Assembly (NCBI GenBank): GCA_013239625.1 | Contig: MU053557.1 | Span: 6,273,842 to 6,337,841 of the forward strand | Length of the DNA stretch: 64,000 nt | Direction: 5' to 3' | From: Lama guanicoe | Lineage: Eukaryota | Part shown: piece by piece, positions 1 through 12,630 of the stretch | Layout of the letters: every line of letters begins with the position of its first letter | Position numbering within the stretch: the first letter of the stretch is position 1 | Position numbers and translations under genes: made by a program | Notes under the pieces: generated by a model | Told to the model about the DNA's origin: nothing | What the model saw: only the letters and a program-made list of their open reading frames with translations | The model's database searches: none

Positions 1-1149
1 TCGGCAGGGGATGTATGGAGAGCAAGAGAGCTGCCATCTTATGGGCCTGAGCATACATGTGGGTAGTAGGGTAGAGAGGCCTTGGCAGGTGCAAAGATGA
101 AGCAGGAACGATGCTAGAAGGGAGCTGTGCAGCCCCCTTCCTATTTTCCAGTGAGGCTCCGGGGCACACGGGTGTCAGCATCCAGTTTCCCCACTGACAC
201 GCTGACCAAAGAACCCAGCCAAAAGGATACCTCTCATACCTCTGAGGGGTCAGCCTTGGGAGAAGTGAGTTCTAGTTTTGCTTCTGTTGTGTGACACTGG
301 ACGAGTCCTTTGCCTTGCAAGGCCTGAAATTGCACTTGTGTATAATGAAGAGGCTGCACTAGATGAGAGAGGGGGTGATCAGTATGGGAGGAAGGTGTGC
401 AAATAAAAGATCAGGTAAAGTCTGGAGCTTGGTTAATAGTAATACATCAATGCCAGTTTCTCCTTGTTTATAAAAAAATCCGTATATCTTTTTTTTTAAA
501 GAAAAATACCCTTATATATTAATGTTAACATGGGGGAGACTGAGAAGGAATTCTGTGCTATTTTTGCAACTTTCCTGTAATCTAAAATTAACTTCAAAAT
601 AAAACATTTCTTTCAAAAAAGATGATTAAGTTTTAAATTCTACACATGCTTTCATTTATTTGACAAAGATTGATCACCTATTAGGTGTGAGACACTGGGT
701 ACACATTACTAGTGACCAAAAGTCATGGTCCTACCGCTTGTGGGGTTTACAGTCTAGCGGTAATTTAGCAGGAATAATATCTCTATTGCTTTTATAAAAA
801 GCAAACCTCAGCTCAAAGTGTAGTAGCTTAACGAAATCTTGTCCGATGGGGTATATGTGAGCAGAATCCTCGCTCTATCACTTCCTAGCTGTGTGACCTT
901 GGCAAGGCCTTATCGTGTATGTTTCCTTAGTGGTAAAAGAGGGCAAAAAAAATGGATTCCCCCGTAAGTGCTTAACAGTACTAGGCACGCATTAAAGCAC
1001 TTACTTAATGTTACTTTTCATGATTATAATAATTATTAAAAAGACACAGTGATTCATAACTCGGCTATGGAGGAGCGCAATACTGACATGGAGCGTGACA
1101 CTTCTTGTCAAGAAGGACTTGGGTGCGAAAACATAATGGTCCTTCCCGC

Positions 1150-1590
1150 AGCGGCTTACAGCCCGAGTTCAAAAACCACAGCCCCTCCCCTTCCTCGCGC
1201 TCCAGCCCCGCCCTGAGTTAGGCCCCGCCCCGCCCTCGCGCTTTGACACCCCCCCCCGCGCACGAGCTCCGCTCCGCCACGTCCCATCCCGTACTCGGAC
1301 CCGCCCCTTTTCTCCTTAGACTCCGCCTTCGCCCCAAAGGCGGGGCCTGACGCCCACGCTCGGAGAGAGGGGCTAAAGGAGCAACCTCTGTGGGGCGGAG
1401 TCGGGAGAGATCTGTCCAATTCCAGGCCTTGAAAGCTCAGTTCCGGAGGGGGCGGGGCGAACAGGGAAGTGGCGACGGTCGGCTTTGCATAAAGATGCCC
1501 AGATTTGCATAACCAGTGCAGGCAGGTATTTAAAGGAGTCGTCGCCGCCGCAAATCTAGTGGTTAACCCAGCGCGGACCCACCCTTTGCA
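1150..1590 (+). promoter_or_regulatory. GM2A: GM2A CpG-island promoter / 5' UTR region
   Basis: GC- and CpG-rich stretch with several GC boxes (e.g. GGGGCGGGGC ~1449-1458, CCCCGCCC ~1206 and ~1223), CTTTGCAT 1483-1490, octamer ATTTGCAT 1503-1510 and TATA-like TATTTAAA 1527-1534, upstream of the ATG at 1591. Confidence 0.8.
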
Positions 1591-1677
1591 ATGAGCCCCC
1601 TGCTGCAGCCTGCGTTCCTGATCTCCCTGGGCTTGCTCCTTGCCGGCCCAGCGGCTACTGCAAACCGCCCGCCACTG
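1591..1677 (+). CDS. GM2A: GM2A coding exon 1 (signal peptide [29 protein letters not shown])
   Basis: ATG in GCAATGA context, hydrophobic leader, donor GTGAGC at 1678. Confidence 0.9.
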
Positions 1678-4600
1678 GTGAGCGCCCTGTCCTTTAGGAA
1701 GCTGCTTCCAGGATCCCAACCCAGGTTGGGGTGTGCGGGTGGGGTTGGGATATGGGGGTGGCTACTCCGGTCTATAGAATTCTCTGCAGCAGAGCCTAGC
1801 AAAGCCACTCACTGTTGGACTCCGAGGGGATCCTTTTCTCTCTACGAGTTTCGGTTGGGTTTCAGTTTCCCTATCTGTACAGAGGGTGGGCTATAAGGCC
1901 TTGCTCTGCTCCAGATTATTTTGGAAGGGTTAATCTCACTCCCGTCTGTACTCTCCTGTCCTCTTTCCAAACATCTGAGTGAAATTTTGCAGAACTGCAA
2001 GACTAAAGATCTGCTCCCAAGCCAGAGACTCATCCCCGTTTACCTGCCCCAATTTTTCCCCCATGCAAAGGCCTGACAGCCGTCACCTCCTCTTTTTGTA
2101 CTGCTCTGAGGCGCTGCTTGTCCAGGTGGGAGGTTGGATTTGAGAGGCTCTTCAGGCCAGAAGGTCCAGACTTGTTCTTCAGGTGACAAAGATCCAGCCC
2201 TGCTCCTGGATGTGAGCCATAGAGAGGCTCTAACCTCCCAACTTCACCATCTCTTCTCAGTCACCCTTTGCCCCAGACCCTCGAGTAAGCAAAGTTCTGT
2301 CATTCTAAGACACAGAAAAGCCTAGTTCCATTCTCTCTTTGCTGCATAGCTGGAGGCAAGTCACTTAATATCTCTGGCCACAAAGAGAGAGAGGCCCAGC
2401 CTAGATCCCCTACCTCCAACCTCCTTAGAAATATTAGAGAGCAAAGAGCAGGGGGGTGTAGGGGAAAGTGGAATAGGACTGATAGCTGGGAGGCTCATCT
2501 TCTGAACCCTTTGTCTTTAATCCATGGACATGGCATTTGGGCTTCTTGAGCCTTGGTCTACTCATCTGTAAAATGGGCTGGATGCCACCAAGCTGCCTTT
2601 GTCTGATGGCTGTGGGTGAAGGGAAATGCTTCCATGGATGGAAAACCTCTTAAATCTTAAATTTATAAAGCGATGTAAAAGTGGGCTCAGCCTCACCCTG
2701 CCCCAGGGGCAAGACATCTATTTTGCCTATTGAATGGAGGAGTAAGGACCTCTTGGCCTTATTTGCCCAGAGGATTCAGTTTGTCCCTGAGTGTAGGTTG
2801 AGAATGTTTCTCTTGGCTCCAGTGCTTACCGTTATGAGGTGGTGTGGCTAAGCCTCGAGCTTGCCCTATATCCCTGTTCTCCTATATTGTCTTGGGATGC
2901 CATCCCAGACCAGAGGGTCTTAAGTTGGCAGTTTTGGAGGGGCCATGAAACGTCAGGGGATTCACTCACCTTACCCAGGCCCCTAGTGGATAGGGGACTC
3001 CTCCAAGATTACACAGCAAGTGGCATTTTCCATCCTTGTCTGCTCTTATCTGGGTCTTTGGGCTCATATGGTTCAGAGCCCTAACCCTGAGACTCTGGGC
3101 CAGATGAAGGCTGTAGGGTGACAGTCTTTGTGCTTCGGGAACCCAAGTTCCATTTCCTCTTCTAGCATTAACCAGTCTTGTGACCTGGGCTGTGGTGAGC
3201 TTTAGATATGATAACAGCGGAGAAGAACCCCAGGCCGGGCTACAGTAGGTGCTTAATAGACTGTGATACTGTTTAATGACTGTCATTTCTTGTGCACATA
3301 CTTTGTGCTATGTCTTGAGCTATGTGCTTTTTCTTCCCTAATACATTTTTTAGGCGAATAATTTCAGATTTACAGGCAAGTTGCAGAGATAGTACAGAGT
3401 TCCTACATACTCCTCACTTGGTTTCCCCTAATGTCAACATCTTGTGTTTTCATGGCCTTGACAGTCGTGAGGAATTATGACCTATACTTTCTGTGTACAA
3501 GCTTCTCACTCTTATAGTAGCCCTGCGAGAAAATTTAATTATGACCATTGAATAGATGAGGAAATTGAGCCTCAAGAGAGGTTAACTGATCCATGGTCTG
3601 TTAGTGAGAGTGACTGAGGTATAACTTTAATCCAGGTCTCTGATCTGGACCCATATTTCTGCCTCCACAGCTGTGCCTTCCCCCTCTGCCATATGCTGCC
3701 TCTTCCCACATGTTGGCCTAGGCTAGGAAGACAAACAATCTGGTGGCAGGCCTGCCCTCAGGGGGCATTGCTAATCCTTCATACTTCCTTTTTCTGGATG
3801 AGGCTGGACTCAGCTGCAGAATCCATTGCCACAGAAGCCTGTAGTCAGGCATTGGAAACCTCAGGGAAAACCAGGGCCTGGGGGAAGGTGGGAGCAGGGC
3901 ACAATGGACACTGCCTCCAGCCTGGAATCAGTCCTCAGTGTGAATCAGGCTGCCTTGGAATCTCTGAAAGCAGCTCCAGAAAATGGCTAGTCCTCCTCCC
4001 CACCCTCCAGCCCAGCTCTTAATCCCAGGCACTCTTTCATTTGATAGTAGAATCCTGACTGGTCTCTGTACTTCCAGACTTGACCCTCTGCCATCCGTTT
4101 TCAACCATAAACCAGAGCATGGCGCTCTCCTGCAATGGAGTCCCATTGCACTTACAGGAAATCCAGCCTCCTACTATGATTTGTGAGGTCCTGCCACCCC
4201 TCTGAGCTCATCTGGGTGCCTCATTCATTACATGTCCACTGGCCTTCTTTGTAGAGTCCAGAGCATCTGAGTGTCTTTCCACTATAGGGCCTTTGCCCAT
4301 GTTCCTTCTGCTTGAACCTTCTTTCTCTTTGTACTGCATCGCTGACTCCTCGTCTTGCATGAGTCCAGCTTAAGCATCATTTCCTCATCTCCCTATTTTA
4401 GTGAGTCCTTTGTTACTCTCAACATGCCCCTCTATTAGTTTCTTTTATGGCACCCTGAGATCATCGTAAATATTTAGTTACATTAGACTGTAAGCACTTC
4501 ACGGCAAGGCAGGCACATTTCTAATTGTTTACCTCTATTAACAGCACTTAGCCCTGGGCCTTGATCATTGCTCCATAAATATCTGTGGAATGCATGTTGA

Positions 4601-7600
4601 AGGAGACACTTGTGGGTACCTATCCTGCCTAAGGGGCCTTGGGGATCACAGGGATGAATCAGACCCTGTCCTGCTTTTTAGTCACAGCATGATGTTTCAT
4701 TCCAAGGAACAGAACTCATTCCAAGAAGCTCAAGTAAAGGGAAGTTTATTCCAGGTATACAAGGAATCTCATGGAGCTAATGGCAGGAAGTGGAGACTAG
4801 GATGTCTAATGGCTGTTATTTAGGGAGCCAGCTCATGCTTTGTGCCTGGCATTGTGTTATAAACTTTATGTATGTGTTCTTACCCTTGTAAGGTCTGAGA
4901 GGAAAGTATAAATGACTCCACTTAAAAGGTGTGGAAATTGCAATTCCAAAGGGGAAACTGGTTTTAGAGTCACAGGATACGCATTTGCATGGCTGAGCAA
5001 TGATTTCAACCCACGTCTGCTGACTAAAGCCTTGATTTACCCCATATCTCACCCCAAAAAACATGCCTTGGCTGCTATTTAGATGAGGGGTCCAGTAGAG
5101 GGGGGAAGGGTGACTCCATCCATTCTGTTTTCCATAGACCAGCAGAATCCTTTGTTTTTGTCCTTTTGGCTTGGTCGTGGGTCTAGATGTTCTGGCCCAA
5201 TCTTAAAGCTATGACCCCATGACAAAGCCCAAAGCCCTCTGAGTGATTTTGCCTCTGTCTCAATTCCCAAATTGGAGGCAGAGAGAATCTGTCAGCCTAG
5301 CTGGGGTTAGGTATTCTGTTTTGACCCACCTAACTGTGAGTGTATTGGTGAGGTGAGTCAGCGTGGGGATGTAGGACCGGCAGGTTTTCCTTCTAAGATG
5401 GAATGTGCATGGTGGGAATGCTGAAAGTCTCTTGAAGGTGGCCTTCAGGGGCCTGGGAAAGGTGTGAGTAGATGGGCAGAGTCTGCACGGTGTAGGAAGT
5501 GTTAAAGATCAGGGTTCTGGGGAAGAGGGGAGTCAGTGGTCATGTGTAGTTAGACACGATGGTGGAATCAGGGGACTTCTTGGGGGTTCAGAGGAAGAGG
5601 AGGAGATATGGCTCAGCAGAGGAGAGGGGGTGACTCGGGGTGAGGGGTTGGTGGTGGAAGGTGTGAGCAATGGGATGGGAGTAAGATAGCCCTGGTTAGG
5701 ACTGGGGAAGTTTGTTCACCGGGGATTGTTCATCAACAAGCGGCCCCCTGGGAACTTTCGTGTGTGTTCTAGTCCCTCCCTGGGCTAATGCACCCCTCTG
5801 AGGGTGGGGTGTTGGATGCTGCTAGGTTTCCCGGTGTGCTCTGTGCTTCTATTGTTCCTGGCCCTGGACTGGATCGGGGGTGTGACACCAATAAGGTCCT
5901 GGGCATGGGCTGCAAAGGTGAATCCTCTAGGAATTTTCTTCTAAGGAGATGCCAAGACTGGCTTGAGAGGAGTGGGGAGCAGAGAGGTGGGGGATCAGAG
6001 AAGATATCTACCAAAGGCAGATGTGGTTACTCTCCTGTTTTGAGGTTGAAGGTCAGTTATATTGTGCTCTGTAGTTCACAGCACACTTTTGGGAGATTGT
6101 GTCTTTTGCGTCTTTTAGTTTAGTCCTGCTTATGACATGGGTAGGACCAGTGTCATCGCAGGTTTATAGATGTGGAGTTGCAGATGCAGCTCAGAGAGGG
6201 CAGGTACCTCACCCAAGCGCACATTGGCAGTAACTTGTTCTGTTGATTCTTCTGACCTGTGAGAGTTCCTTTTGTCAATTTTTATTTTCTCTTTTCTTAT
6301 TGCCTTATTGTCTTTGGCTCTCCCAGCTTGGTGGCTTTTCCTGGGAAAACTGTGGTGAGGAGAAGGACCCCGTAGTGTTAAATAACCTGATTCTGGAACC
6401 TGACCCTATTAAAATTCCTGGGACCGCGACTGTCAGTGTTGATGTCAAGACCATTATCCGCCTCAATAGTCCTCAGAAGGTAAGCCTGGGGGCTGGAGAG
6501 GGGTCGGGGATGGGGAGGTGCTGGAGGGAAGGTGCCATTGGTCAGAAGGCAGGGTCCTGAGGAATGTATACTCAGGAACTATGAGTAATTTTGGAATCCT
6601 GGAACCCCAGAGCTGCAAAGGAAGTGTAGATTTGTAGACTGTCTGATAGCCAGCTCGGGCTGGGCAGTTTGCTTTTAGTGGTGTTGTTAATTATGAAACA
6701 GACTCATCAATTAGCAAGTAATATGTAGTCACTTTACAAAACACAGTCAAAAAGGGGGGAAAATAAAAGAAATCACCTGAAATCTCACTACCTTGTGGAT
6801 AAGGGATACACACTTTTAACACTTTGTAGGTTAGTCTTTGGAACTTTCTTCCATACCATGGCGTATAGCATACATATTAATTTTGAATGGACTTACATAT
6901 ATATATTTATATAAATACGCAGTGCTCCCTGTAAATGCCCTCTTGCAGTCTAACTCCTCACAAGATAATCATTATTAGCTATTTATGTATCCTGTCAGAA
7001 TTTTTTCTACATTGATACTAATGGGATTAATGTGACATGATTAAACTTGCTTTTTTTGGGTATCATACTATGTTTCACCTCTTTTTATGGCATTTGAGTA
7101 GATCTACCTAATCATTTTTAGTGGCAGAAATATTCTGTTGTAGATGGCATAATCTGCTTAAGAAATCTGTTGTCAGACATTTAGTTTGTTTCCAGGGTAG
7201 ATTTTTATTTGTTTTTTGGCTATATATATAAACACCTCTGCGGAAAGTACCCTTGTCATGCATCTTTTTATACTTTTCTGATTATCTAGACATAGACTTT
7301 TTAGGTCTTTTTATACATATTGCCAATGTGCCTCCCGATGTCTGAACCTGTTTATCCTCTAACCAGCAACAAGAGATTTTTGCCTATTTCCACACATTTG
7401 TTGATAGTGACCATTTTCTCAAAATCTTTTCCAGTCTTTTATGTCATCCCTAATGAGGTTAAATGTCCTTGCCTAAGTTTATTTGCCTTTGTATTTTCTT
7501 TGAGGATATAACCAGTTCGTTCATGTCTGCTGGGGGTGGATACTTGCATGTTTCCATACAGAACAATAGAGGCTTTCTACGTATCCATTGCAACTCCATA

Positions 7601-10600
7601 CATTGTAGTCCTTTCCTCGCTGGTTTGAATTGCCACCTTTATACCATATTCTTATGCCTTCAGCCTGTCCTGAAGATCTTTTCTGCCACCAGTTTCTTTT
7701 AACTCTTTGAAAGTTTTCTGATTTGGAACCAGTGTCCCTGGAACTACATTTTGACTTGGTTAAGCACAGCCCCTGCCTCATAGGTTTCTTTGAGCGATTA
7801 CTGAGTTGATTACATGGAGAGTGCTTTGCACATGGCCTGGCCCACAAGACCTGCTCAGTATGTGTTAGACTTGTTAGAATTTCATTTAGTATCAGTCTCT
7901 TCCTGTGGCCCCTTTGACCCAGAGTCCTGTATATGCAGATGGTTCTCAGGCTCTGTGTTCCCTCGCACTTCTTTCCAGGTCTTCTCCAGGCGAGGCCACT
8001 GCATTTTCTTTAGCTATTCTTCAAGTGATCTTCTACCAGGTCACACATTTCCATGCTCCCTCCACTGAGTCTGGATTATAGGGCTCCTTAGTGGGCTGGC
8101 CACCATGCATATCTCCCCGCCGTTGCCATGCAAACTGCGAGCATTTCCAAGAAGCTGATGAAGTGCAGCTGACTTGGAAGGAGAAAGCTGGAAAACTCTT
8201 TCTACCCCAGCCTGCTTTTCCTGGTTTCTTTGCAGTTTGTTAAGATGGTTCCCCCCACCTCCTACTCCCTTTTCTATTACATATCTTCCTCAGCTTACGA
8301 AGGCGTTACATCCCAATAAACCTGTCATAAATTGAAAATATTGCAAGTATAAAATGCATTTAATACACTTAACATACTGAACAGCATAATTAACCATGCT
8401 CAGAACACTTAAATTTCCCTCTGGTTGGGCAAGATCATCCAACACAAAGCCTACTTTATGATAAAGAGCTGAGTATCTTATGTAATTCGTGGAACACTAT
8501 ACTAAAAGTGAAAAACAGCACGGTTTAAGTACGTCAGCTGTTTACCCTCGTGATCATGTGGCAGACTTGGGAGCGTATAATCCCACTAGAGGGGATAGTA
8601 GTGTGTGTCGCTAGCCCTAGACCAAACTTCAAAATTGGAAGTACAATTTCTACTGAGTGTATATTTCTTTTCACCATCGTACAATCAAAAAATTGCAAGT
8701 TGAGCCATCATAAGTCTGTCCTTTATTACTTCTCATAAACTTGGGCCATTGAGCTTTGTAAAAATTGAACTCAGATTCCCACTGCCCCTTCCTCCTACAT
8801 TTCTCTTTTGCATATGTTTTTGATTCAAGGAATATGCATACTAGCTATTAAAGGAAGGCCTCTCACCACTCACAGGAGAAAAAGATGATTAGCCTCATTT
8901 TACAGATAAGGGACCCTGAGGTTCAGAGAAAGGTGTAACTTACCCCAGGTCAGCATTCTAGGCTGGTGTCTTTATCCCATATTTCCTGTCCCCGAGCTCT
9001 TTCTGGCAGGGTGGTGGAATTAATGGTTGGAGTTTTTGCAGGGGAGTACCCCAGGACTTTCTCCTTGCCAGCAAAGACCACCCAGGAGAGCCGCCTAGAC
9101 TCAAGCACTGCATAAGCCTGGAGGGCTCTTGACGTCAATGGCTACTACCCTTGTTACTAGGGCCCAGAGAGGAGTGACTGGTCCCGGCCACGCAGCCTGT
9201 TAGTGGCAGGAGAGCCACTTGATCTTGCTGAAGTGACATTTCTTTAATCAAAAACCCCATCTGGGACCTGGATGGCCTTAACCCCAGTTGAAATTTTTTG
9301 AAGTTAGATGCCCCAGATTCTGTGAGCCATGGGCAAGGATGGAGTCTGTCCAGGAACTCCCTTTTCTTCTTTTGATGTGTTCCACAGGCTTTGGCATAAT
9401 TTAGAACTCCTTTCTTTGAGCTCTCAAGTTCCACCCTCTGAGACCTTGGTTTCCCCATCCTCAGGAATTGTAAATCACTGCTGCATTTGGCATGCACACT
9501 TATTTCAGGCTTTTAGACTTGTGGCTTTCAGACCTGATGGTTTAACTTTTTTTCCACTGTACCTGCAATGCCTCTGCCTGAGCCCTCCCCAGTCTCATCA
9601 AATGGCTCCCCTTCAAGTCAGTGGCTATCAGTGGGTCTTTATCTAGAGCCTTGTGTGCCTAGCCTGGAGCTAGAGGCCAAGAGAAGGAGACATTGTTTTT
9701 AATATGTAAGAAATTTTGACCGTTAGGATGTCAGAACTGGTAGGTCTGTGTATCTCTTCAAGATCATGAGATGCAAATACTCCATGGCCAAGATGGAGGA
9801 ACAGAGGCTTGAGAAGGGAAAGGGACTTGCCCAAGGGCTCTGGCAGGTGTGGGCATCCTGATTCCATTACAGATCGGTGTCTCTGTCTTGTCAAAGCTGG
9901 TCCCATGACACTAGTTTATTTAGGTAGAGCTGTGGAGGTGCCAAGGAAGTCTTGGATGAGAGGGGTTGGTGGTCCCTCATTACTCAGCATTGCTTGCTCT
10001 TCTGAGCCATATGAGCAAGCAGACTGAGAACGAGGACTGGAAAATGAGCCATGGTTGGTAGTTCCCAAATGGTAAGCATGGCTGTTGCCTTAAGTTTGTT
10101 GAGCCCCGCTGAGTACGTCTGTGCCGTGCTTATCCTGGCTGGGAGAGGCATGGCTCCTTCTGGTGGATGCAGCCTCAGAGGCTTCCAGTCTGGTGGGAGG
10201 AGCCCAGGCAGGACTGGTGTTCTTGTTCAGGACATAACTGGCCTAACTTTCATTGGACTATTGGCAAAACAAGGATGGGTATTGGCTAAGGGAGAGGTAG
10301 TCCAGTAGGAGGTAATTTTTGGATTTCAGGCACTATGCAGAGTGTTTTACCAGCATTGTCTCACTCAATGGGACCTCGTAAAGAGGCAGACACTTTAAAA
10401 TATCCCATTTTATTTGGGAATGGAGATAAGAAGAAATTCCCCAAGGGCACCATACTAGGAAGTAGCTGAAGTAGCATTCCACCCAGGCCCTCTGCTCTTC
10501 CTAGGTAAAGGGGTTGGAGCAGGCTTGGCAGGAGAGGAGAGAGGAGGGCTGGGAGGGGGAATACGGGTGGCGGAAACATTATGTCAGCAGAGTGGGATGC

Positions 10601-12630
10601 GACAAATTTGAGTTTGTCCACTCAGGATATAGGGTGCGGCTGACCCTTCCTCCTGGGCCTGGGTCCTGACACCTGGGGCAGGTGGAAGACTGAGTTGTCA
10701 GCCTGGGGAGCCAGCCTGAGCCCAGCAGGGTCTGGAGGAGTAAGTGCCCATCTAGGATTTATCTCTTAGAAACAGAAGCCCTGAATCATGTGAGCCTGGA
10801 GGCTGGGATTCAAAGAATGCTGGAATGTCACAGCCAAGAGTGGTTTCTAGCCAGAACACACCCACAGGGAATGAGATTAAACTCCTCCTGCCCTTTCCTT
10901 ACAATTTTCCCCAATATCTTTGGGGTGGGGAATACAAACATGGTCCTAAGGGACATGCCCATCTAGGATTTATCTCTTAGAAACAGAAGCCCTGAATCAA
11001 GTGAACCTGGAGGCTGGGATTCAAAGAATGCTGGAATGCCACAGTCGAGAGTGGTTTCTAGCCAGAACACCCACAGGGAATGAGATTAAACTCCTCCTGT
11101 CCTTTCCTTACAATTTTCCCCAATATCTTTGGGGTGGGGGCATACGAACATGGTCCTAAGGGACAAGTCATTTGGCTCTTAGGCAGCTAATACTTAGTGA
11201 ATGCTTTGCACATGCCCGGCACAGCTGGCTCAGCCCTAACCTCCAGAACAGAGCAGGACTGTGGCAGCATGGAGGTGCGAAGCACTCATAGATCTTCTCA
11301 TTCAGCTTCTCTCTGGCTGCAGGGGTCCTTTTGTAGCTTTTCCAGCTGGGTGGGTCCAGGGAGCCCACCTCTTCCTCAGTGTGATTATGAAGATCTTCCT
11401 AACACCAGTCCCCAAAATAATCTCCCTATAAATTCCTACTGCTTTAAGTTCTGTCTTCTATGGCTGTACAGAGAAAACAGGATCCAAGAATAGCACATAG
11501 GTTTCATCTTGGTAACCAACTCCAATCAGCTGATGGTAGCTTCCTGAAGTTCTGTTAGGAAAAGGTTCTGAAGCCAAGACTGGGCTCAGAAGGAAAGTTT
11601 AGAAGCAGTGCCACAGTTAGCCAATGAGCAGTGCATTAGATGCCAGTTAAACAATTAGATGACAAGTGCATTTCAACTTCCATCAATGGGCAGTGACCAC
11701 TGAAAAAATTCTAAGACCGTGGTTCATTGCAGGGAGAGAAAAAGTCACATTTGATTATTAATGTCTGCCATGGGCACAAGAAAGGATAGTATTGGGGCAG
11801 GTGCCACAATATTGTCATTTTTGGATCAGAAATGAGATATCTCCAAGATCCCATCCAGTTCAAAATTCTGTGATTAAAATAAGATGCTGACCTTTAAAGA
11901 AGGCAGAGGAGCTGCTATGTTTGCCTTGGAATTTTACACTTTTTCTCCAACTCTCTCACCAGGTGGAATTAACTGTGGAGAAGGAAGTGGCTGGCATCTG
12001 GATTAAAATACCATGTGTGGAACAAACTGGTAGCTGCATCTATGAGAACATCTGTGATACACTTGATGACTTAATTCCCCCTGGGAGTCCCTGCCCAGAA
12101 CCTTTGCACACCTATGGGCTTCCCTGCCACTGTCCCTTAAAAGCAGTAAGTATAGGGAGAGGAGAGCATTACTGTGGCTGGGGTAGAGGCATGTGGTGTG
12201 GAGACATTCTCCTGCAAATCTGCATATCTATGGATGTTAACTGATAGGACTATCCTGAATCACTTTATCTTTTGGAGGCCTTGGTTCATGCATCTGTGGA
12301 ATGGGAGACATGAAGCTGGATTTGACCTCCAGTGCCCTTTTACTGTCGTCACATTCCGTGCTCTTAGGAGAGTGGGAGGAGGGGTAGTTCCTGGCTGCCA
12401 CCCTAGAGGTCACTCCAGGAGAGTGTACTGTCCATAGGCTCCCAATGACCTGTGGTCCACTGCCTTTCCTGCAGGGCGTCTACATAATGCCCAGGAGTAA
12501 CATCGAGCTCCCCAGCCTGCAGCTGCCTGCCTGGCTCAGCACCGGGAACTACCGAATCAAGAGCAAACTGAGCAGCGGCGGGAACCATCTGGCCTGCGTC
12601 AAGATCTCTTTCTCCCTAAAGGCCAGATAA
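1591..12630 (+). CDS. GM2A: Ganglioside GM2 activator, spliced CDS join(1591..1677,6327..6479,11963..12145,12475..12630), 192 aa
   Basis: All introns GT-AG and phase 0; 87+153+183+156=579 nt. Signal peptide followed by [34 protein letters not shown] and [12 protein letters not shown]. All 8 cysteines of the ML-type GM2AP fold present. Adjacent to SLC36A3 as in other mammals. Confidence 0.96.
4095..4595. mobile_element. L2 (LINE2) fragment in GM2A intron 1
   Basis: Typical L2 3' motifs (gggcctttgcccatgttcc, tagactgtaagcactt...ggcaggcac, ataaatatctgtggaatgcatg). Confidence 0.65.
6327..6479 (+). CDS. GM2A: GM2A coding exon 2 (LGGFSWENC...NSPQK)
   Basis: Pyrimidine tract + CAG ending 6326; donor GTAAGC at 6480; 153 nt in frame. 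Confidence 0.92.
8280..8716. mobile_element. MER47/Tigger-type non-autonomous DNA transposon fossil
   Basis: cttacga..gttacatcccaataaacc..aaatgcatttaatacac..aacacaaagcctactttatgataaag..ccatcgtacaatcaaaaaattgcaagttgagccatcataagtc resembles the MER47 consensus as recalled. Confidence 0.7.
10745..11165 (+). repeat. Head-to-tail tandem duplication of a ~210 bp unit (10745-10955, 10956-11165)
   Basis: Both copies run tgcccatctaggatttatctc...catggtcctaagggaca; about 8 substitutions and 2 small indels by eye. Confidence 0.97.
11963..12145 (+). CDS. GM2A: GM2A coding exon 3 (VELTVEKEV...PCHCPLKA)
   Basis: Acceptor ctctctcaccag, donor GTAAGT at 12146; 183 nt. Confidence 0.96.
12475..12630 (+). CDS. 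GM2A: GM2A coding exon 4 (GVYIMP...SLKAR*)
   Basis: Acceptor cctttcctgcag; TAA at 12628-12630. Confidence 0.95.
   Translation, partial: GVYIMPRSNIELPSLQLPAWLSTGNYRIKSKLSSGGNHLACVKISFSLKAR

Noticed and set aside
1156..1719. 187-aa antisense ORF over the GM2A promoter
   Set aside because: Gly/Arg/Ala-rich product of a stop-poor CpG island, non-ATG start, no recognisable homology.
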